Shown: positions 16,699 through 30,400, numbered from the stretch's first letter. The stretch: 37,192 bases of DNA from Geosiphon pyriformis uo1 (GCA_016748015.1 JAAOMT010000299.1:432810-470001); one strand, 5' to 3'. Notes: generated by a model from the letters alone, not told the origin. Translations and numbers: made by a program.

Positions 16699-19151
16699 AT
16701 GAACAGCTGGTTTAAAAAATTGAATACGGCTCCCGGAAGTCTGAGTTTAGAAGGCGATAAGTTAATTCTTCCGTCTTTTGTACTTGCAGAGCTTGAAAAT
16801 CTGAGTCGGACTCGCGATACTAGCTTTAAGACGAACCAGGGCGACACTTTGAATACATTAAGCCTGGCCGCACCTTTACCCCCTCTACCTTATCCCCTCA
16901 CCTTTCAAATATTAAATCCTAAAACGCGACTAATCACTTATGGAGGGGTATTGGAATTTAATTCCCCTGATTCGAAAGCGTATTTGCCTCAGTGGATGTA
17001 CGACTCCTTATCTTTGGAGGAAAATCAAGAGGTCATCATTCGATTGAAAGAATTACCTAAAGGAACTTGGGTACGCTTTCGTCCCTTGAGCATGGAATAT
17101 CGAGAAATCGTAGATTATCGGTAGGTTTTTTTATATCAATATATAAACGAGTTAAATAATAATAATCTAAGAAACACTTTGAAAAAAAGGGCTGCTTTTG
17201 AAGCATACTTGCGCTCTCACTATACCACTCTTACATGTGGAGAAATTCTCAAAGTAAAACAAGGAGACTCTGTATATCAATTTTTAGTGGACTCTCTCAA
17301 GCCTGAAAATGCTGTACAGATAATTGATACTGATTTGGAGGTAGAAATAGTACCCTTTTCCGAAGAAGAGTCGTCCAAAACCGAGGAGAAAGGCATCGCA
17401 AATAATTTCTCTAAAGGACCGAAAGAAAGACAGACACTTATTGATGAAATTAATCAAGATGTGGTCAGCAAAGATGATTATAATTACTGGATTGTAAAAC
17501 CTGTTGATAGATCACAAGGAATAAACATTTCTTTGAAGATAAAAGGTGGGGGCGACGCAGGTATAATTTTTCGAAATTGCGAGTTGCAAAAATCTCGAAG
17601 AGAATTTTCGCCAAAAGTTTGATGAAAGTTTTACCTTTAGATTATCCGTCGCTGATCGATTATGTGAATTCGCTCTACCTTCAGATCTTATTGTCTCTAC
17701 ACAGCGCAAACCCAAAATTGATCAGCATATGTGGTCAGATTTCTCTTCCTCACTCGAAAAGGCGATCTTCATTGCACCAACAAATTCAGAATATGCCACT
17801 TGTGAAGACCTCTCAATTGGAGTACATGGATATGGTGATGCAGACACGCAATACCAACTACAGATTACCCACATAAACCACGCTTTAAAATCCACTGAGA
17901 TTTTGTACAAGACTACTGACGAGAACCCCAACACACCAGGTTATGCACAGTGCCTAAACTGCGGAAGCTGGATACCTGAACGGACATTGTTGCTACATTT
18001 CAATTTCTGTACACGGAACAATGTAAAATGCACTTCCTGTGAGAAGATTATGAAGCTTAGCGAAAAAGCGAATCATTGGCATTGTCAACATTGCGATCAG
18101 GTAAATTATTAATCGGAAGTTTGATAATATCGTTTCTCGAGACATTTTTTTAATATTCACTGGTTTCATGTAAACTCTTAGAGTGGTGATAACCCGGAAG
18201 CTGAAACAAAGCATATCGAGATATTCCATACTAATAGGCAATGCTCTTGCGGCTATGTTACAGATTCACTTCCGGAAATAGCAAATCATAAGCAAACAGA
18301 ATGTCCAAACAAGTTAATCACATGTCGGTTCTGTCGTAACTTGGTGAAACAAGGGGAACCTTCCAATGATCCGCGCGATTTGCTCGAAGGATTAACAACT
18401 CATGAATCATATTGTGGTAACAGAACGATAGATTGCGTCAAATGCGGACGATCTGTGAGACTCAGAGATGTACCAACGCATGGCAAAATGCATGAAATTG
18501 AGAAGCAAAACCGAACTTTGCCTTCTATATGTCGTAATGTGAACTGCATTAGGCCAGTGGCCCAGAATGTTCTCAAGTTATGTCAAGTCTGTTTTGGGCC
18601 ATTTTGGTCACCTGCGGACGATCCTATGAACAAAAAGCTCATGACAAGATTGGCAAGGAAATATCATCAACAATTAACTGTGGGTTGTGGGCAAATTTGG
18701 TGTAAAAACAAGGTAGAGATAGTTGAGATTTTTTAAGAAATTCTTTAATGTTTCCATGACTAAAAAATAAGATGCTATTAGCATTGCGCAACTAGTACCA
18801 ACAATTTTTTGGATCCCACCTCAGCTGCCTCGATGCTGATTCCTCTTTTACAAGAATCGCGATCTACTGACTCGCCTGGACTTTACTTATGTGTAGACGA
18901 GTCCGTCTCTCGTAAGCGATTTTTAGTCGACATCTTGTATAAAGGACTCGACGGCCAAGGGCAAGAAGGGCAATACGCAATTGAGTTTTGTGTAGAAGCA
19001 ATTGAGGTTTCCGGAGAAGACCCGGCCAAAGCGAGAAATCATTTACAGGTGAATATATCTAATCCAATCATTTGATTTCTTTTAAGTATCGTTTCACTTC
19101 ACTGAATATACGCTTTTTATGCAGGCTAATGCACCAAATAGACTTCACTAA
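16699..19151 (+). CDS. UFD1-domain protein with TRAF/XAF1-like zinc fingers, an AZUL-type zinc motif and a possible C-terminal UBA-like helical region, 6 exons
   Basis: Exons 16699-17120, 17190-17560, 17685-18100, 18182-18712, 18782-19048 and 19125-19151 join in frame. UFD1 signatures: GDKLILPS, YPLTFQI, TYGGVLEF, YLPQWM, LPKGTWVRFRP, YTTLTCGE, IIDTDLEVEI. Cys/His fingers: CLNC...H..FC, CRFC, HESYCGNRTIDCVKC. AZUL-like YHQQLTVGCGQIWCKNKHCAT. Much longer than canonical Ufd1. Confidence 0.88.
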
Positions 19152-19699
19152 ATACTTTGAGATATCAATGTCTCGGATATAAATAGAGTTATTTAATTTA
19201 GCCGTATTTTTAATTTATATTTTTTTACCAATTGAATGTACATATGAGTTGATTACTCAAAAGAATATTGTTCAAGTTAATTTGATCACCACATTGGTTA
19301 CGCATAGGATTCGTTAATAAATAGCAGCCGCTTATCAAACGAGACTTTGGTCATCCTCACTCATACTAACTATCACAACTCATGTCTAAATCTTGATTAA
19401 CTTTCTGGAGTGGCTTTTGATCTAAGACGCTCCAAGATTATGATGACCATAATTTTCAGACTATAGGATCTTATATAGTAGCTTGAGTAGAATTAATAGT
19501 GATATACAAAAAACCAGCTATTGTACGCTGAGCTATGTAACGTTTATTATTTCCTCCTTAGTCATTATAGGACCAAGGGTGCATCAAGCAATGCATTTTC
19601 TGGAAAGATGAAAGTATTCAAGTACTTGCAAATACAAACTCTATGTCCAATAAAATTTTTGCCTAAACAATAGTTTTATGAAATTGCTTTTGCATTTCA

Positions 19700-21765
19700 T
19701 ACATTTAAGCAAATTTTTAATAATTAATCTTGTAAAAATAAGTAAGTTTGTAATTTTATTATGATTGTTTTTTTAAAATAAAAAGATTTCAAATAAAAAT
19801 AATATTTCAAGAGATTTTACCTAATATAATATTTAATGGTTATATGATTTTTATAGAAATAATTAATTACAATTCATGTAATATTTATTTGACACATTTA
19901 CAATTTTAATTACAAAATATATTTATTATTATTTAAAATAATAGTAAAAATGTGTAATAACATCAATAAATTATGAAAATAATATAAAAATTTCTGTATA
20001 CAAATTATTATTGTTTATTGCAGATTTTTTTAATTAAAATAATAAATAAATTTGTCAATATAGATTTAAATTTAATTATTTTTTCTTAACAACTAATGCT
20101 TTATTAATTGTTTTATTAATTATATATTGCAAATATTTCGAATAATCAACAATTTGTATTTATTTTATGTATAATTTTTTTTTATATTTATAACCATTTT
20201 TTTGTTTAAATATTTGGGTAAATTAAAGTTTTTTTTTAATAATTTGAAATTTTATTTGAATCTAAATTTTAATATAAAACAATAATATTTCAAATAAATT
20301 TTATTAAGTTTGATTATTGTTTTTAAAACTTAAAATTAATTAAAACTTAATAAATTGATAATTAAACTTGTTATATAATAAAAAAATAAAGTAATATTGT
20401 TACAAAAATAATCAAAAAAATTTAATATACATTAAAATTACAATTTTTTGATTTTTTAAAATCAATAACAAATATTGTTTTGTTTTTTAATTATTATTTT
20501 ATTTAATAAATTACAAAAGCAAGCAAATGGTTTTTTAAGATAATATAAATCAAAAAATAAAATAAAATATGTAACAATAAAAAATAAAAAAAATATGCAA
20601 TAAAATATATTAAAATTTAATAAATAATTTTTTTTATTAATTTTGATCTTTAATTTTATAATTTAATATTTTTATAATTAAAAAATTTATTGTTTATATA
20701 ATTACTAAAAATAATTAATAATTAAATTAATTGTTAAATTAATAACTAAAATAATAATTTGATTATTAATTATATTATTATTATTTTAAAAAAATTAAGT
20801 TTTTGTAAAACTAAATTATTTAGCTTATTAAAATTTTTGTTAATAAAATATGAAAAATTTAAGATAAAATAAACTTTTATAAAAATTTTGGCTTTTTTAG
20901 GATTTTTAAAACATTAAATTATATTGTGAATTTTTTGTATGTTGATAATATTAGTTAAAAACATATTGCTTTAATTTAACATTTTAATTCTTATATAACT
21001 GCTAAATATATAAGTAAAGCTACTATTAATTTGCATATGTACTTAATAAAAGCTCTATACAAAAGATTGTTAGTAATAATTAAAAAGCATTTATATAATT
21101 GCAAATACTCAAGTATATTATGTGTATATTATAGTAAAATAGAATTTTTGGGTCATAGTTTTGTTTACAGTTTATATTTTTCTGTTTATTAAGATCTGTT
21201 GAATAAATATTTTGTTCTTTAAAAGTTATTAACTAGTGAAAATTTGGTTTCATTTATAATTTTTTAGTCATTAACTATATGTGTTTCTGATATTAATCTG
21301 TATATAGTTTGTGTAAAAAATTTGTGTTTAAGAATTGGTTGGTAAAAACTAAGACTTTTTTTAATAATGTTAAACTTATTATATTTAGATTAATTAAGTT
21401 TGTTTAAAGTTTAATTATTAGTTATAAAAAATAGATATGAATTTCTAATTTAAAGCTTTAAGCTAAAATAAAATATAGAAATTTGTTAAATAAAAATGGC
21501 TTTATGTTTAATGTTGTTTAAGATTTTTTTGCTAGAGTTTCAAATAGTGTTGCTTATTTATTAGAAATTAAGAAAAGTCATATTGTTAATTTGGATCAAA
21601 ATTTAATTGTTTGTTTTTTATAAGTATAATTAAAAAAGTTTCAATTAATATAGTTGTATAGTATTGGCCAAATAACTAATTATATATAGCAAGCATATAA
21701 ATTACATCTAATTTAGAACTTTAGATAATTGTATTATATTAGATAGTAATTAAACTTTATTTATA

Positions 21766-21830
<65 letters not shown>

Positions 21831-23200
21831 TTTTAATTATATTAATTTTTTTTAAAATAAATATTACTAAAATTTGTGTATTGTTATAAAATAGTTTTTT
21901 TAGTATATTTTAATTGCCAATATTCTGTTTTAATTACAATTAGTTTTTTATGAATTTCTCAATTTTATTTATATAATAATGTTAATATTTATATTGAAAA
22001 CTTTTTCTTAATGTTATAATATAAGTTATTTCTTAATTTTGATTGTTACATATATTTATGTATTCTTTTTTAGAGACTGAACTGAAATTTATTTATTGTC
22101 TGAAGTCTTATTTAAAGCTATTTTTGCAATTGTCTAATGTGTTTCTCTAATTTAGAAACACAGAATTTTAATGATCTTTAGTGCTTTTCCTAATTTTTAC
22201 AATAAAACTTTTATAAATTAGTAATAATATGAATAATTTGATCAAGAATTATTTTTTCAAGAGATTCAGTTGATAAATAATACATATAAGTTTTTTAATA
22301 CTTTGAGTTATGATAATTTAATTTTCAATATTTTTTTTATTTCTTTTTGATTAAAGATTTTTGTGAATATTTATTTTTAAAAATAAAATACTAAAAATAA
22401 TTAAATGAAACTGTTAGATAAATTGTTTGATAATTTGTTCTTATAACTTGTTTTATAACTTGTTGTTTTTCTTAATATTAAAACTATTATATATATCTAT
22501 ATTTGTAATTATATAAAAAAACACATTGTAATACTTTTTTTTGATATCTTAACTTGTGTTTACTGCTATTATCAGTTAGTATTAGCCACTATTGTAAGCT
22601 AATGCTTATTACTATTACAAAATAGTGTTTGCTATTATATTAATTATTATTTTTCTAAGATTATTATTGTACTATATTATAATTAAATAATTTATATTAT
22701 TTTATAATTTTTTTACTAAATTTTTGAATTATAATAGTATATTTGTTTTTTATAAAATAAATAAATTAATTATTTTATACATAAATCTGTTAAAGTTTTG
22801 ATTTATTTTTTATAATAAATAGTATTATTATTTTTTTTGAATATTAATTATAATATAAATATAAAAATTTATAAAACAATATTATTAATCTTATTTATAA
22901 TAAAAATTTAATAAGTAATTAAATTAAATTAATTAATAAATTATATAATTGCAAAAACTATTTTTTTTTAATTAAATATTTATTTAAGTTATTTTTAATT
23001 TAATTAATTATATTAATAAATTTTTGATAGGCTAATTTTTCTTTTAAAATATCTTTTTATACTTTAAATCATATATATTATTGAATTTATAATAAAATAA
23101 TTAATTTTATGTCAATTATTTTATATATTAAAAAAAAAAACTTTTTCTCTTGTTAATTTCTTGGTCATAATGAGAACTAAAATATACTGAGGAGATAAAT
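19700..23200. other. Extremely AT-rich, CpG-depleted tract, probably heavily eroded transposon DNA
   Basis: Abrupt compositional shift after the gene island, no ORFs, almost no CG dinucleotides, adjacent to the TE nest. Confidence 0.5.
21770..21828 (+). repeat. (AAT)n microsatellite
   Basis: Directly visible. Confidence 0.97.
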
Positions 23201-23251
23201 TTTTTTTTTCTTATCTTCTTTATTTTTACAGTTATTTTTTCCAGTATATCT

Positions 23252-26200
23252 TTGTTTATGAATATGGAATCAGTAGGTTTTTTTGCTAGTAGGTCAGTAT
23301 TTATTTTGGCTGAGTTGGGGATCCAGTCTGGTGTTAAAATTAAATGTTTAGTAAGTTTTTACTCATATAGTGCTTTTTACAAAAAATCCAAGAAACCTAC
23401 TGTTGTTAACAATATGGTCAAGACATCTGCTGGCTCTCTGATTTTTGCAGATATAATTACTAATAATGACAAGTCTGTGAGGTCTTGGAACAGTAAAGTA
23501 AACAGCAAAACAAACAGTATTAATAGTATATTAGACCTGGAAAACATAAAGAATACAATTGTAAAAAAAATCAGCTATGCTAATTTGAAGGCTTCAAAAG
23601 TCAAAAATGTGATAGACAATACCACACCTAAGAAAACACATACCAGAACATATGTTTTAGGCAGCAAGCCAAAGAAGATTTTTTTCAATAATTTAAGTGA
23701 TGACAATAATGATATTTTGATACTTCTGATGCTAAGTATTTGCTAACTGTTGAGTTATGTGTTCTAAATAAGCACAATTTCGAGCCAGTTAAATTTTTTG
23801 CATTAAATATTGAGCTATCTGTCATGTTAGACAAATCTAATAGTAATAAATTAATTGTAATTAAAAAAATTTTCTATCAAATTGATGGTTTTGAAAGAGC
23901 TTTTACTTTTTTAAAATTTCCAAAAATCATTAAATTATTTTTTACATCAAAATCTAATTTGAATAAAGTAAAAGAATTGGCAATCTGTAAAAAAATTTTG
24001 GTCAATAATAATATTAAAAAGGTAAACAGTTATTTAAATTGGGAAGTAATTGTTAAAGAAATTCTAGTTGATTTTTTAAAGTTGGCTATAGAGTTAGTTA
24101 GTTTTTAAATTTGGTAAGATTGTATCAATCAAAATGTAGTTGATTGGTTTTTAACAAAAGGCCATAGTAAAATTTGAGTCATTTGAAATAGCTGATTTGA
24201 TTATAGCTAGATGATCTGTGTTTATAAAAAAAAATTCTGTGTACGTGGCTTTGGCAATTAATAATAAACAATTATGGATTTCAAGAAATTAGTATTGGGC
24301 TTTGTTGTATATTTTGTCTATTGGTATTACTATTCATAATCTTACTAGTCTATTGGAATTTTATGGTGAGAAAATCTGCTTTATTGACTATAATTCAAAT
24401 TCATATGTGCATAATAGATGTGCTATGGTTTTGTTTTTCTGATGAGGCATTTAAGATGGCTGCTATTGGTTCTGTTCCAGTTTTTAAAAGTGTAAATTTG
24501 CATTGGGCTGGTCTATTTTTGGCTTGTTGTACACAATACAAACAATTTGGTCATGTTTTTAGTATATGTTCTGTAAATAAGAATTCTGATATTCATGGTA
24601 AATGTGTAATAATTTTTCAGGATTAAATTTATTTAACCAATATATATAAAAAGAAACAGGCACCAATTGTCTATCTAATGTTTTTTGGTAATAAAACTCA
24701 GGCTCAGATTGTTAGTGATTCCACTTTTTGTGTGGTGTCTTTGGTTTTTTTTGGTATTGGTTTGTCTTTAGATGTTAAATTTTTTTTGCCAGTTTTTTTG
24801 GAAATGAATAATAGGTTTGCTGTTCTTGAATGCAGTCTTATCAGTCTTGTGGAGAAAGTAAACAAGCTGGTTAAGAGGTTGGATACACTTGGGCCAATAA
24901 TTTCTCAGCCTAGCCTTAAATGTTAGCTGTTGGTAACTTCTTTATTACAGAATCAAGAAACAAATATAGTAATAAGTGAGAATTTGGATGTAGCTACTAG
25001 TAATAAGATTGTTGCAGAAGTGGTGAGTATTAATTTTTTGGTTGTTTTGAGACTGAAAGAGACTTTGAACAGTTTATTAAACATGATTATAAGCCTAATA
25101 ACCAAAATAAACAATGCTAACTTAAGTGTAAAAGATCTCTTTTTTCTATAACAAATCTAGTTTGAAAATTTGCTACATATAATGTTTGAGGTATTAATGT
25201 CTCTACAAAACAGAAAGACATTATTTATTAACATAAAGATTTGGATAATATAATTTTTTTTGTTATTAAGACAAAATTGAAGTTTAGCATTAAGCCATAG
25301 ATTATGAGTAAGTTTGATGAGATTTGGATTTTCACTTTTGGTTTGAATATTGGTTTTCTTGGTACTGGAGTTGTCATAATCATAAACAATTCTTTGGCTT
25401 AGCATATTTCAAAGGTGAATAAAATTCTGGGTCAATTGATTTTTGTATATTTTTTGTTCAAAAACAAGCTTTTAGTTATAATTTTAGATCTGTATACTGA
25501 TGTATCTATTGGTGCATATTTTGGCCAAGCTTTTAATATCAATTTTATGATCTTTAAAGCAGTTAATTCTAGTTTCTTTATAGTTTTGAGTGGTAACTTT
25601 AATGAGAATAAATCCAAAAGAAGTGCAAGTTTCAAGTTCTGTTTAGATTTGGGTCTGGTTAATACTTTTAATAAACATTTATTGGCCAAAACTTCTACTT
25701 AAAGCAATTTTAGAAACATTGAAAAGATGCTGGATTTTATTTTTGTAAGTAAAAATTTGGCATTAGTAATTACATGCCATAAAGTTAATTGTATATCAGA
25801 GTTTTTTAATATAGATTATAAGACAGTTTTAGTTATAATCAGTTTGAATAGACTTTTGAATACTCATTTTAATAGTGCTTATAAACAGACTAATCAGGAC
25901 TAATTGAGATTCAGGTTGAGAAATGCAGATAAAGCCCAATAGTTATATTTTAAAGAACAATCTTCTGCTGAACTGTTAGTAAAATCAAACATATTTGCAG
26001 ATATAAAAGACAACAGTAATTTGGATACAATGTGGATGATGCTGAAAGATGTTATAATACAAGTTGCTGATGTGGTGTTTTTTAGACATTGGTATAGTAA
26101 ATATGATTATTTAAAAAACAAATACTCTTTAAAATTTTTTAAATTAGAATTGCTCATTGCAAAAATTGTAAAAGTTTGGAATTCTGAAGATCTTTTGAAT

Positions 26201-26585
26201 TTTGACTATTTTGTTAAGGTTTGGTTGACTATTAATAAAGTTGAGACATTTAAGATTACTAACATAGTTTTAGATGATATAAATTTAATGAGTTTGGTCA
26301 AGCATTTGTTTATAGTAAAGAAGAGATATCAGAAGTCTAAGTATTATGAGTTTAAGGCATTTGAGGATACAGTTATTAGAAAGACAATTGACCATCATAT
26401 AGAAAATTTCTGTTCTAAAAAGAAACAAATAATAAAAAGCATTTTAGACTATCTATTTTACAAGGTTGTTTTGAATCACTTGGTAGTGGGTAATGAGTTG
26501 GTGGTTGAATCTGGTGAAGTAAAACTTAAAATAGATAAGATTATAGAAAGGTGGATAAAAAAATGGTTAGTACTCCCAAAGATGT
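23252..26585 (+). mobile_element. Degenerate non-LTR retrotransposon (LINE): ORF1 plus the 5' part of ORF2 (APE endonuclease), cut by an LTR insertion before the RT domain
   Basis: ORF1 fragments (23252 to about 25140) include a decayed zinc knuckle, CTQYKQFGHVFSIC. ORF2 from about 25148 reads LV*KFATYNV*GIN, then SGNFNE and LDFIFVS (APE motifs NVRG, GDFN, IDY). There are many in-frame stops and almost no CpG. The 5' boundary is approximate. Confidence 0.82.
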
Positions 26586-27386
26586 TGTTACTCATAGAAA
26601 TATAGGAAATATATTAGCATAATTATTAGCCAATCAGAAGTAGACATAGTAAATGTAGAATTCCAGGATTCCTCTCAAAAGAATTGCAGGATTCCAGGAA
26701 TTCCAGGATTTTTGTCATGAAGAATCGAGGAATTAAGGAATCTTAATTATGTATATATAGCAGCAAGATTAGAAACTAAAAAAACAGACCTCTTAGTTTA
26801 GATTTAATCTAAGCAACTCTCCAAATCACAATCATCTAATAAATAACTATTTGTTATCTCAAACTCCTTTCCACTATCAACACTTCATGTTGATAGTAAT
26901 TGATACTTAACCACACTAGAACAATAGCTCTTGATCATGGCTATTGATGGAATATTAACTTGCAAATCACCTTGGCTTATTTCTTTTCTTTCTTTATTTT
27001 ATTTTATTTTCTTTATTTTTCTTGCTTTGATTTTATTGTTGTTTACTAACTCTATTGAGGATTAACACGTGGGGCACTGACGTCAAGATAAACATGACTG
27101 GTAAAAGACCCAGAAATAAGGGTAGAACACTCGATTGAGGATAGTTTACCAGAAAGAATACCAGCCATCAAGCTGAGAAAAAAATTGACAAAACTGCAGT
27201 TTCGGGAAGCTATGGATAAAACTATCATCATTGAATCTCTGTCTATTATACAAAGAACTCAACCAAACCCTTCAAATACAAAACTTTCAGATACCAAACC
27301 TTCAGATTATCAATAATAAGAATAGTTTTAAGCACCAAGTTATGGGTTCGTATTTAATTCAACACCAGAAATTATCACTTGTAACA
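26586..27386 (+). repeat. 5' LTR of element A (about 801 bp)
   Basis: Starts TGTTAC exactly where LINE homology stops and ends GTAACA (6-bp inverted termini). TATA-like TATATATA at 26752, AATAAA at 26838. Followed by TT and a PBS. The partner LTR is not in the window. Confidence 0.75.
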
Positions 27387-27388
27387 TT

Positions 27389-27405
27389 TGGTGCTTCCTG
27401 TGAGG
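27389..27405 (+). promoter_or_regulatory. Primer-binding site of element A (TGGTGCTTCCTGTGAGG)
   Basis: Starts with TGG 2 nt after the LTR end. The complement CCUCACAGGAAGCACCA resembles 3' ends of elongator tRNA-Met or tRNA-Ile; tRNA identity is unverified. Confidence 0.7.
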
Positions 27406-27406
27406 T

Positions 27407-30400
27407 ATAATCTTACAGAAAACCAGCACCAACAAACACCATCCAAAAGTGGCAGAATCAGAAAACATAGGAGCAAACCATTTAGGATTCGTGAAATCCT
27501 TATTTCAACACTATTGTTAACACTTGGGATTAAACCACAATCATATATCCACCAAATCAGTCTTTAATTTCTATGTCAACGAAAAGATTTCCTCTTTGTT
27601 AGAAACACCAGTGAATACTGAATCAGCCAGGGAAACTTTCTACAGAGAATTAATTCAAAATACCAACCTGCCAACAAATCACAATTTTGTCTCCATCATT
27701 ACTGAGATCAACAAAGAAATTGAACATCACACTTAACAAAGATATCCAATTACTTACATCAGTAAAGACAAAGGAAAACTACAAACACCAGCAGTAACAC
27801 CCAAAAAGATACAACTGCTCACTTGGAAGAAAACAAGAATTGAATTACCAACTGTTCCATCTTATTACTACACACTGGGAAGTGCCATCAATATAACATC
27901 AACAAGCATGTCCACATCAAATGCGATATCAATATTCAGACAATTCCCATTCCAAAATAAACAAAGAAAAACAGATCTACTAGAACCATATGGCAAATAT
28001 TTTGAAGAATTTAAGTCGCGATTACCAACACCATCAGGAATTCGATCACTGCTGTCTCAACTGGACTTTGGAACCACTACCCTGTAAGAACTATCTGAAA
28101 AAGAAGAGAAAAAAGAATTAGAAGATCAAGAATTTACTTACCAAAACCTGATCTTTGAAAACCCGGAATTTGGAACTCCGAACGTTTAAACTCAGTGAGA
28201 AAATCTGGAAATTGAAACTCCAAATATTTAAGCATCACAAAATCAAAACCCCAAAGTAATTAATTAATACTTACCTCCAGTTATCGTCATCGATCAACTA
28301 CCAGTTAAACCAATTGGTCAGCCCATCCAAATACTGAACCAACAAACTCAACAACCACCTTCAGTATTACCTCAACAACAACAACAACTTCCACTATAGC
28401 AACAACAACAAATGGCATACACACCAATTATGAAGCTCGACAAATTCACCAGTAAAGAGGACAATGCACAAGTTTGGCTAAATGATGTAGAAAAAGCCAT
28501 TACAGCCAATAGATGGAATGACACCAGAGCCATACAAGTCATATCTTATTTTCTCAAGAATACAGCAGATTTATGGTATCAAAGCCTGATTGACAAACTC
28601 CAAGATTTCAATGCCTTTAAATTAGAATTTTTGAGATACTTTAGCAATAACAACAGCATCAACAGATTAGCCAACACTTTCACTACAATTAAACAAGGAG
28701 AAACTGAAACAGTTACCACATATCTGGGATGCTTCCATAGAAATCTGTAACAAATCCAAGCAATTGATGCTAATTATTTCACAGTGCCACAAATTCTCAA
28801 TCAATTCATCCGTGGTCTGCACAGTAGCATCCTGCAACATGTATGCCCATTGCATCCAGCCACTCTCCAGGATGCAGTCACATATGCCAAAGATTTCGAA
28901 TCTGCCGAATTAGAAGCCAATCATGCCCATACTGTGAACCTAGTAATGAATGGATCATCTGAATTGGATTCTAAATTGAAACAATTCAGTGATTCAATTA
29001 ATCAGAAGTTAAAGAGATACTTAGTTGACAATTGCGCAATTTATCAACCACCACAATGATGCAATAATCCAGGAAACGCGAATTGTTTCCAAAATCAGTC
29101 ACGTCCATCATCATCATCAACAGCATCTAATCAGCCATGACAGTCAGAAACGTGTGTTTGCCACAACTGTAGTAAACAAAGACATAAAAGCAGACTGCAG
29201 ATTTTATAGCAACAATTCATGATTGGGAAATCAATATTGAAATCTTGATCGCAGATTTCAAACTCCAAATTGTTACTCAAATCAAAATCAAACTACTTAT
29301 CTATCAATGATGTAGTCACAAATCTATCAACTACCAGTATATCAAACTTCAGTCTATCAAATATCTGCAATCTATCAACCACAATTATAAGCAATTTATC
29401 AGCCACAACCTCAAGTAATTTATCAACTCCAACAACAAATTCAAACACCACCACAAAACTTGCCTCAAAACAGACTCTAAAGACTGAGAATGATACAACA
29501 AAACTGGCAATTGGCGATAGTAGTCCATCAACTGATCTCCAGTTTGTCAAACCAGCAAACAGAATCTTGTCAGTAGAATTCGGGTACTGGTACCACCCAA
29601 AACCCGAATTCTCAGAACTATTTAAGTCTCCTGGTCACACCAGAAGACGCCCAACCCAATAAACTGGAAGCCAATCTACAATTAACACTTACCTGCAATA
29701 TCCTACCTGTTATTATCACCAAAGACGAGTCCTTGGCTGCTATCTTCCCATTCAAATTCAAGGAAACAACTACAACATTGTTATTTAGTAGAGCTGCTTT
29801 TGAAGCCAAACCGATCACTGCAATGTACACTGATGCCAAAATCGAGGGACAATCCATCAAATTGATCCTTGACAGTGGTTCAGCAGGCAGCATCATCACA
29901 TGACAACTCATAAACCAACTAGGCTGCCAAGTTAACCGAGTTGTCAATACTAGAATTATCACCACTAATGAAGCAACCAAAACTCCAATCGGCAAAATCG
30001 ACAACTTCCCTTTCGAAATCAATGGCATCATGACTCCCATTAAAGTTTTAGTAATGGAAGCCACTTAATATCAAGCTCTTATTGGTAATGACTGGCTATT
30101 CAAAGTCAACACAATGTTAGACTGAAACACCCAGAAATTCTAGCTAACATATTAGGACTGACACATATGTGTACCAGCCACATGTGGCCACTTCAAAACT
30201 CCTCCAAGAGAGAAACTATTGATTGAACTAGAGAAAAAAAAAAAGAAACCTACCTGAGAGGCTTACCAAGTCTCCTGGGCTGACATCGACCACAATGAAC
30301 TACTACTCATACTCTTATGGGATAACAAGGAAAAGGAGAAGGAAAAAGAAGAACTTATCTGGAAAACAAACCAAGGATTGTGGAGTGACGACAGCCAAAG

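Noticed and set aside
29270-29662. S/T/N-rich ORF and an apparent programmed gag-pol frameshift
   Set aside because: Restoring an apparent 2-nt deletion in the zinc knuckle (H-x4-C) puts gag, the IYQP repeats and the protease in one frame, so this ORF is probably the shifted reading.
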